A DNA stretch of 64,000 nt from an uncultured Acidobacteriota bacterium (lineage in GTDB: Bacteria; Acidobacteriota; Vicinamibacteria; Vicinamibacterales; UBA8438). The first letter of the stretch is position 1. Each line of letters begins with the position of its first letter. Positions 58,030-64,000 of the stretch are shown one piece after another. The notes beneath the pieces are model-generated. The model ran no database searches, had not been told where the DNA came from, and was given only the letters and a program-made list of their open reading frames with translations. Where the stretch lies: positions 64,001 through 128,000 of the forward strand of contig CAJWLU010000009.1 of the NCBI GenBank assembly GCA_913043225.1. The letters are read 5' to 3'. The position numbers were made by a program, and so were the translations under genes.

Positions 58030-58893
58030 TTGAGTCGCCACTCTCGCCCTTGCCTCGTGGTCGTGGTTGGGCTGGCCGTTCTGCTGCTGGTGGTCTGGCC
58101 AGCTCGAGCCGAGGAGTCCTCCTTGGTCGAGGTCCTCCAGCGGGCCACCGAGTACGTCGAGACGCTTCACGCACAGCTTTCGGGGATGGTGGCCGAGGAG
58201 CGGTATGAACAGGAGGCGCGCGGTGGCGGCCGCTCGGGGCGCCGGCGCTTGGTGTCCGACTTCTTGCTTGTGCAGCCGGAGGGGGCCGAACGGTATTACG
58301 GGTTCCGTGACGTGTTCGAGGCCGATGGCCGTCAGGTGCGCGACCGGGAAGAGCGGCTGGCTCGGCTCTTTCTCGATCCCACCGCCTCTGCCGAACGCCA
58401 GATCGAGCGGATCCTTACCGAGAGCGCTCTCTACAACATCGGCGGGGTGCAGCGGAACTTCAACGTGCCGACTTTCGCGCTGCTGTTTCTCCGCGAATCT
58501 CACAAGAGCCGGTTCAGCTTCGAGCGGGTGGATGACGACGATCCGCCGTTGGGGCTCGACGCCCCGGATGGAGACGAACTCTGGGTGGTGAGTTACCGGG
58601 AGACCTGGCCGACCACGGTCATTCGGGGGGCTGACCGACGGAACATGCCTGCCCAGGGACGGTTCTGGGTCGCGCCGGCAACCGGACGGGTGCTGGCGAC
58701 CGAGCTTGCGGTGGACGACCAGGCGCTGCGGGCCACCATCACGGTACGGTTCGAGCCGCACGACATCGGGCACGCCGTGCCGGTCGAAATGCGTGAGCGG
58801 TATGACAATCGGCGGACGGTGACTCGTGTCGATGGGACGGCCACCTACAGCCGATTCAGACGGTTCCAGATCGACGTCAGCGAAGCCAGATAG
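58030..58893 (+). CDS. Exported conserved hypothetical protein
   Basis: Signal peptide ARA-E; VAEERYEQ, FRDVFEADG, ESA.YNIG, ATYSRFRRF. TTG start approximate. Confidence 0.7.
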   Translation: MSRHSRPCLVVVVGLAVLLLVVWPARAEESSLVEVLQRATEYVETLHAQLSGMVAEERYEQEARGGGRSGRRRLVSDFLLVQPEGAERYYGFRDVFEADGRQVRDREERLARLFLDPTASAERQIERILTESALYNIGGVQRNFNVPTFALLFLRESHKSRFSFERVDDDDPPLGLDAPDGDELWVVSYRETWPTTVIRGADRRNMPAQGRFWVAPATGRVLATELAVDDQALRATITVRFEPHDIGHAVPVEMRERYDNRRTVTRVDGTATYSRFRRFQIDVSEAR

Positions 58894-58931
58894 GGACCGG
58901 TCTACAATGGCCCCCACGGGAGCTAGAAGAG

Positions 58932-60593
58932 ATGAGAATCCAGCAGTGGTGCGTGATCGGTAGTCTGGTGGCCGGAGTCGGGTGCGGCGGGGGCGAGATG
59001 ACCCAAGAGCCGGCTGAGTCGGGTCACAGCCCCGTGGCCAAGACCCGGCACGGTGAGCTCGAAGGCGTGTGGGCGGACGAAGCCGCCGGGATCGCTGTCT
59101 ATCGCGGCGTGCGGTTTGCGCAGCCCCCTGTCGGTGAGTTGCGCTGGCGTCCGCCGATGCCGGTTGAGGCGTGGGACGGTACCGAGATAGCCGACGCGTT
59201 CGGGCCCGCCTGCTGGCAGGCCCGCAATGCCGACGACTCGGTCTACTCCCGAGGCAACCTCGAGCGCAGCGAGGACTGCCTGACGCTGAACGTTTGGAGC
59301 CCGGCCACGGTTGGTCAGTCGCTGCCGGTTATGGTGTGGTTCCATGGCGGTGGGCATACCGGCGGCGTGGGAAGCGCTAAGGTGTTCGACGGCACCGCCA
59401 TGGCTCGGAAGGGCGTGCTAATGGTGACCGCGAACTACCGGCTGGGTCCGCTCGGGTTTCTGGCGCACCCGGCGCTTTCGGCCGAGTCGGAGCATGGCGT
59501 CTCAGGCAACTACGGGCTACTCGACCATGTGGCCACCCTGCAGTGGGTGCAGGACAACATCACCGCCTTCGGTGGCGATCCGGGTAACGTCACGATCTTC
59601 GGTCAGTCGGCCGGATCCTGGTCGGTGTGTGCGATGCACGCCTCGCCTTTGGCGCGCGGGCTGTTCCAGAAGGCTATCGGTCATTCCGGCGGCTGCCTGG
59701 GAGCTCCACGAGCCCATCTAGACGGTGCTGGTGGTAATGCGACGGGACGATCCGGCCATGAGGCTGGGCTGGCAGTGGCGGCCGTGCTCGGCGCTGAGGG
59801 CGAAGATGCCGCGGCGGCGGCCGCGATCCGGGCGGCGTCGCCTGAGGACGTGATGGCGGCGCAGCGCGAGGCGGGTGTCAGGACCGGCTGGCTGGTCGAT
59901 GGCTGGGTGCTTCCCAAGCTGCCGAGCTTGATCTTTGCCGACCGCGAGCAGAACGACGTTGCGGTGATGCTCGGGTCGTTGTCCGACGAGGGGACCACGC
60001 TCTACGCTGGGGTCCCCGAGCTGCCACGAGACGAGTTCGAGCAGAACATCCGCAACCAGTACGGTGGTCACGCGACGGCGCTGCTCACTGCCTACGAAGC
60101 TGACGTGGATAGTTCGACCCGGACCGCCGGTCAGGCCATCCAGGCCGACCGTAGCTTCACCTGGCAGATGAGGGAGTGGGCACGCGCGGTGGCTGGCAGC
60201 AACGACGTCTACCTCTACTTCTTCAGCCATGCGCCCCCGGTGTTCCGGTTGTATCGTCCTGAGGCTCCCGAGCTCAGTGGGTATGAAGTGGGCGACCGCT
60301 CGGCCGGCGCGTACCACTCGGGTGATCTGGCCTTCGCGTTCAACAACGTGGGGCTTGTCGGTGTGGGGTGGGACGACCGTGACCGCGAGCTGTCGGAGGA
60401 GCTGTCGAGCTACTGGGTGAACTTTGCCCGCACGGGCAACCCGAATGGTGACAGACTTCCCGAGTGGCCAGCCTACGACGAAACGGGTGAGCAGGCCATC
60501 GAGTTCGCGACGTCCGGCACCGTACCTACGAGCAAGGTGCGAGCGGACAAACTAGACCTATTCAATGATTCGTATCAGGTCGGGGGGAATTAG
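58932..60593 (+). CDS. Type B carboxylesterase, probable lipoprotein
   Basis: SEDCLTLNVW, HGGG, GQSAG, GAYHSGDL; GVGC lipobox. Confidence 0.93.
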   Translation: MRIQQWCVIGSLVAGVGCGGGEMTQEPAESGHSPVAKTRHGELEGVWADEAAGIAVYRGVRFAQPPVGELRWRPPMPVEAWDGTEIADAFGPACWQARNADDSVYSRGNLERSEDCLTLNVWSPATVGQSLPVMVWFHGGGHTGGVGSAKVFDGTAMARKGVLMVTANYRLGPLGFLAHPALSAESEHGVSGNYGLLDHVATLQWVQDNITAFGGDPGNVTIFGQSAGSWSVCAMHASPLARGLFQKAIGHSGGCLGAPRAHLDGAGGNATGRSGHEAGLAVAAVLGAEGEDAAAAAAIRAASPEDVMAAQREAGVRTGWLVDGWVLPKLPSLIFADREQNDVAVMLGSLSDEGTTLYAGVPELPRDEFEQNIRNQYGGHATALLTAYEADVDSSTRTAGQAIQADRSFTWQMREWARAVAGSNDVYLYFFSHAPPVFRLYRPEAPELSGYEVGDRSAGAYHSGDLAFAFNNVGLVGVGWDDRDRELSEELSSYWVNFARTGNPNGDRLPEWPAYDETGEQAIEFATSGTVPTSKVRADKLDLFNDSYQVGGN

Positions 60594-60610
60594 GCGGACC
60601 TCTGAAGGCT

Positions 60611-60645
60611 GTAGGTCGGCTGGAGCGTAGGCGACCGAGCCGACC
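60611..60645 (+). repeat. GTAG-type REP-like palindrome
   Basis: GTAG-GTCGGCT...AGCCGACC. Confidence 0.45.
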
Positions 60646-60751
60646 CAGCCCACCGTCCCTCCGGGGAGCGCCCAGATCTTAGTGGAGTGGTATCTGCGGC
60701 CAACAGAGGGGCTCCCGGCCAGCAGTTACACCGTCGACGCTAGAGGTGCCG

Positions 60752-61483
60752 ATGACCAGGTGGGTGGATCCGCAGGCGCGCGAAGTGGAAATCTTGATCG
60801 CCCTCGCCTCGTTTGCCGGGCGCGACATTCTGGAACTCGGGTGCGGTGATGGCCGGACTGGACGCCGATTGTCGGAGATGGCCAGATCGGTACTGGCTGT
60901 CGACTCGAACCCCGCGGTGATTGCGAAGGCCGAGGCGGCGGCGCAGGACACCGGTCGCAAGAACTGCCGGTATCTCGTTCACGACAGCGGCGACCTCGAC
61001 CTACCTCCAGAGAGTGTAGACGTCGCGCTCTTTTCCAGGTCCTTGTGATGACACGCTCGTGAGCGCGTCGGTGACGCGCTGCGCCGGGTGCACGGCTGGC
61101 TCCGTCCGGCTGGTACGCTCATCGTGTTCCAGCCGCTGGACGAGCCAATGGCGCTGGCAGTGAGGCGCACGGGCAAAGATCGACCGATGGGGGCCGCGCT
61201 TCACAGCGCGGAAGCCGGCGCGGACATCCGAGCGGCGCATCGGCAAGTGGTGGAGCTCGTGGGGGCCGGAGCGTTCCGCGTGATCAAAGAGACGTCCGCG
61301 GCGCTCGAGGTCCACTTCCGATCGCGCAACGATTGGACCGAGTTCGTCGAGCGTCCCAATACAGGCGAGATCTCGGTGGACTTCGACGACCTGGATCTGG
61401 CACTTGGTGCCGTCGAGCGTGGAGAGGCGTTGCTGGTGGGTACCGAGGAGACGTTCTTTGGCGCCTACGAAAAAGAGGAGTAG
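60752..61483 (+). CDS. Class I SAM-dependent methyltransferase, candidate selenoprotein with tandem Sec-Sec (UU) at codons 99-100
   Basis: ILELGCGDG motif I; VLAVD; SVDVALFSRSL-TGA-TGA-HARERVGDALRRVHGWLRPAGTLIV. The two track ORFs share one frame; a SECIS-like hairpin follows. Confidence 0.75.
61062..61080 (+). promoter_or_regulatory. Candidate bacterial SECIS element
   Basis: Perfect 8-bp stem AGCGCGTC/GACGCGCT with a GGT loop, beginning at the 11th nt after the second TGA. Confidence 0.65.
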
Positions 61484-61517
61484 TGACAACGAGTTCGCAC
61501 AGATCTTCGATGGTCTC

Positions 61518-61668
61518 AGGGGTGCCTCAGTCGATGGTTTCGTGTCGGCGGACATCATCTGCAAGAGATAGACCAGGCGTGGTCGCATTGCAGTGCTGAT
61601 GCCTCCCCGAGCAGATCGCCGAAGCCCAACGCCTGGCCCGAGAGTGGGACGAGGCGCACCTGCGCTAA
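61518..61668 (+). pseudogene. C-terminal remnant of a Sel1-repeat protein
   Basis: GVPQ ... RIAVLMP / frameshift / PEQIAEAQRLAREWDEAHLR*, the typical Sel1-protein tail. Confidence 0.65.
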
Positions 61669-61748
61669 GTTTCATGGGAACTCACCCGGTGCCTGACTCC
61701 AGTCTTACAGCGTTTCTCGACACCTTCGCCACCTGGTAGCCGTACATG

Positions 61749-61778
61749 AAACGGGCTCACCGCTGTGGGTGCGCCCGT
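61749..61778 (-). terminator. Probable intrinsic terminator of the 62807-61803 gene
   Basis: ACGGGCTCACC...GGTGCGCCCGT stem with a short T-run on the minus strand. Confidence 0.5.
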
Positions 61779-61802
61779 GAACGTTTCTTCCCGGCGTTGG
61801 TT

Positions 61803-62807
61803 CTACCGCTCTGGTAGCTTCGTGACCTTCTGGGTGTTCAGGTTTCGCGCGCCAGCCATGATCCCGGTCAGGCCGTAGTTTCCCTCGTGGCAGGCGTATT
61901 CGTAGATCGGCCCGTCGGTGCGTCGGAAGGGGATGGCGGCCGACCAGGGCTGGGTGTAGTTGTTCGGATCCCCGATCGTGAACTCGTACATGACCGTGTC
62001 TAGGTCTAGGCGCGTGAACCGCTCGATCAGGTGGGTATCTTGCGACGACCCTCGGAAGTTGGTGGCCTGACGGAAGTTCTTGGTCGCGATCACTAACGTC
62101 TCACCCTCCCAATGGGCGCGTGAGTCGCCGCTCCATTGCCGGATGTCGCTATGCTCGGGGTTCTCGCTGATAGGAATGATCCGGGTGTTGTGAATGTGCT
62201 CGTTGGTGATGGTGAGGTAACCCGGAACCTGGAGGATAAGCACGTTGTTGTTGTACGACCCTGGTCGCATCGGCGGACCAGCGTTCGATCCCATCATGCA
62301 GCGGTCGCCCAGGGTGCGATCCAGGTAGTGGTCGGCGAAGCCGTTCCTGACGTTCAGGCGTCGGATCTGGGCGTCTACCCGGAATTCGTCCGTGTAGGGG
62401 ATCCGGCCGCTCGGCGGATCGGTGACAAGGGACGTCCGCTTGTCACTGGTTAGCTCGATGCCGCGTTCGTACCAGAACTCGTTGTATGAGAGTACGCCGC
62501 CCTCCTCGCGTGACTGATATCCGGCGCTCGGTGCACCCGTCTCCGGGTCGAAGAGATCCCGGTTCAGCCGGGTGCGCTCCGACGCCTCGAAGGCGGCAGC
62601 CTCTTCCGTGCCAAGCCGATCTTTGCCTTCCAGCGAGCCCGGGCGCTCGAGCGGCGTCAAAGTCCGGAACGTGAAAATTCCGGAGATGTCCGGTTGGCCA
62701 TCCGGTGTTCGCATCGGCATGCCGTCACCGCCCGACTGGGCCAGCGCTGGGCTAGCAGCCACCAGAGCTAGAAGGAGTCCGCACGCCGTGGCTCGGATCG
62801 CACGCAT
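61803..62807 (-). CDS. PDxxGxx...ACHEGN family exported protein (paralog 4)
   Basis: GGAGG RBS; PDISGIF, YNEFW, RTSLVTDPP, SYNNN, YEYACHEGN. Confidence 0.85.
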   Translation of the reverse strand: MRAIRATACGLLLALVAASPALAQSGGDGMPMRTPDGQPDISGIFTFRTLTPLERPGSLEGKDRLGTEEAAAFEASERTRLNRDLFDPETGAPSAGYQSREEGGVLSYNEFWYERGIELTSDKRTSLVTDPPSGRIPYTDEFRVDAQIRRLNVRNGFADHYLDRTLGDRCMMGSNAGPPMRPGSYNNNVLILQVPGYLTITNEHIHNTRIIPISENPEHSDIRQWSGDSRAHWEGETLVIATKNFRQATNFRGSSQDTHLIERFTRLDLDTVMYEFTIGDPNNYTQPWSAAIPFRRTDGPIYEYACHEGNYGLTGIMAGARNLNTQKVTKLPER

Positions 62808-62936
62808 TAGTTCCTCCAGGTCAACAGGGGAGTTCGCTGTGATCGCGCCATCCTACCAATGGTCAGGCGCCGGTTCCAAGTGCGGGGCAGTTGCGGGCTG
62901 CGGTAGCATGGACTGGAATTCCAAGCGGGAGGAGCG

Positions 62937-63443
62937 GTGACCACACGGATTCTCTGGATCTCTGGACTGGCGGCCGTCGTGCTAGCTGGCGGACCGTCGT
63001 TCGCGGCGGCCCAGGGACCGAGCGACGCGAACATCCGAGCGGGGCGGCGAATCTACACCCAGAAGGCGGACTGTCAGGCGTGTCACGGTTGGTCTGGTGA
63101 CGGCGTGAGGATGGATCCCCAGTCGCCGGACGGCGCGAACCTCCGCGTGTCGACACTGGATCGCGACCAGCTCATCTTCGTGATCAAGTGCGGGTTGCCC
63201 GGTCGCGATATGCCGGCGTTCGACCGACTGTCTTACTCGGACGACCGGTGCCTTGGCCGGACGCAGGCAGACCTGGACCGCATGGGACTGAGGCTTCCGG
63301 ACCCGGCCGCCACGCTGCAGAACCGCGAGGTTGAGCGACTGGCTGACTTCTTGCTAGCGAAGGTCGTCGGGCAGGGAGAGATGACCCGTGAGAAGTGTGT
63401 CGACTTCTGGGGCGAAGAAGTCGACGTCTGCAACGAGTTCTAG
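62937..63443 (+). CDS. Exported monoheme cytochrome c with four extra Cys
   Basis: GGAGGAG RBS, signal peptide, CQACH, MPAF. Confidence 0.88.
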   Translation: MTTRILWISGLAAVVLAGGPSFAAAQGPSDANIRAGRRIYTQKADCQACHGWSGDGVRMDPQSPDGANLRVSTLDRDQLIFVIKCGLPGRDMPAFDRLSYSDDRCLGRTQADLDRMGLRLPDPAATLQNREVERLADFLLAKVVGQGEMTREKCVDFWGEEVDVCNEF

Positions 63444-63665
63444 TCGAGTGGCTTTAGGGACAGGCGACATCTGAGCACGGTGAGGTGCACGCAGTGGTGG
63501 CGTTGGTCGCGGGTAGCCTGCTGGTGGCGGCTCCTGCCTCGGCCCAGCGGAACAGTCTCTTGCTCGAGCTGCCGCAGCAGGTTTTCAGCCGCTGGTACGG
63601 CTTTCCTCTTAGCTTTCTCGGCTCCGAGGTCCACAGACGGTAGAGCGGGTCTTTAGGTCGGCCGA

Positions 63666-64000
63666 TTAGCGCTCATCCAGCGCGAAGACGAACAGGTAGC
63701 TCGATGTCTCCAGGTTGTCGTACTTGACCGGATGCAGGTGGCGCCCGCTCGATTGCACGGCCAGATACTGGCGCGGTCCGATCGAGTAGGTCACCGGCGC
63801 GCCTTTGAGCGGCGTGCCCACGTTGAAGCGCCAGAGCTCTTCCAGTGTCTCGTCGTTGTAGGCGACCACCCAGCCGTCCTGGAGGGCGGTGAACACCAGT
63901 TCGCCGGCGGTGGCGACCACGCCAGAGCGGATCTCGATGTCGGTCACTGCCTTGCCGATTACTTCGTGACTGACTGCGTCGACTGCAGTCAGTGCGCCGT
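63666..64000 (-). CDS. C-terminus of a PQQ-type dehydrogenase (runs off the window end)
   Basis: GALTAVD...SGVVATAGELVF...LWRFNVG...APVTYSIG.RQYLAV...LFVFAL. Confidence 0.85.
   Translation of the reverse strand, partial: GALTAVDAVSHEVIGKAVTDIEIRSGVVATAGELVFTALQDGWVVAYNDETLEELWRFNVGTPLKGAPVTYSIGPRQYLAVQSSGRHLHPVKYDNLETSSYLFVFALDER

Noticed and set aside
56886..58917. 420-aa and 355-aa minus-strand ORFs
   Set aside because: Antisense to the tannase and the hypothetical gene; no recognisable domains.
1..64000. CRISPR arrays, rRNA/tRNA, transposases, integrases, prophage or defence genes
   Set aside because: No regularly spaced repeats or diagnostic motifs seen by eye; small RNAs could have been missed.

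Overview
High-GC bacterial window. The gene families (DUF1592/DUF1552/ankyrin cassettes, PSCyt/DUF1501, many PQQ-type beta-propellers, tannases, DUF5916, DUF6644) suggest an Acidobacterium of the Vicinamibacteria type; this is inference from gene content only. About 40 intact CDS are present, mostly exported or periplasmic redox enzymes and hydrolases. I recognised no rRNA, tRNA, CRISPR array or intact mobile element. The strongest signal is a class I SAM methyltransferase (60752-61483) that the ORF track splits in two: it is interrupted by two consecutive in-frame TGA codons followed by a bacterial-SECIS-like hairpin, making it a candidate tandem-selenocysteine (UU) selenoprotein. Other points of interest: (1) a Tat-lipoprotein molybdopterin oxidoreductase translationally coupled to an RnfD/UnbU-like Sel1 membrane protein and followed by an M6 protease; (2) a heme-c fused PHM/DBH-type copper monooxygenase with a vicinal-Cys partner; (3) a signal-peptide HpcH aldolase divergent from an atypical transketolase; (4) a PTPMT1-like phosphatase divergent from a zinc-ribbon RNase HI; (5) four paralogs of an uncharacterised ACHEGN-motif family; (6) at least six eroded gene remnants in intergenic gaps. 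All family calls come from motif recognition by eye; no searches were run.
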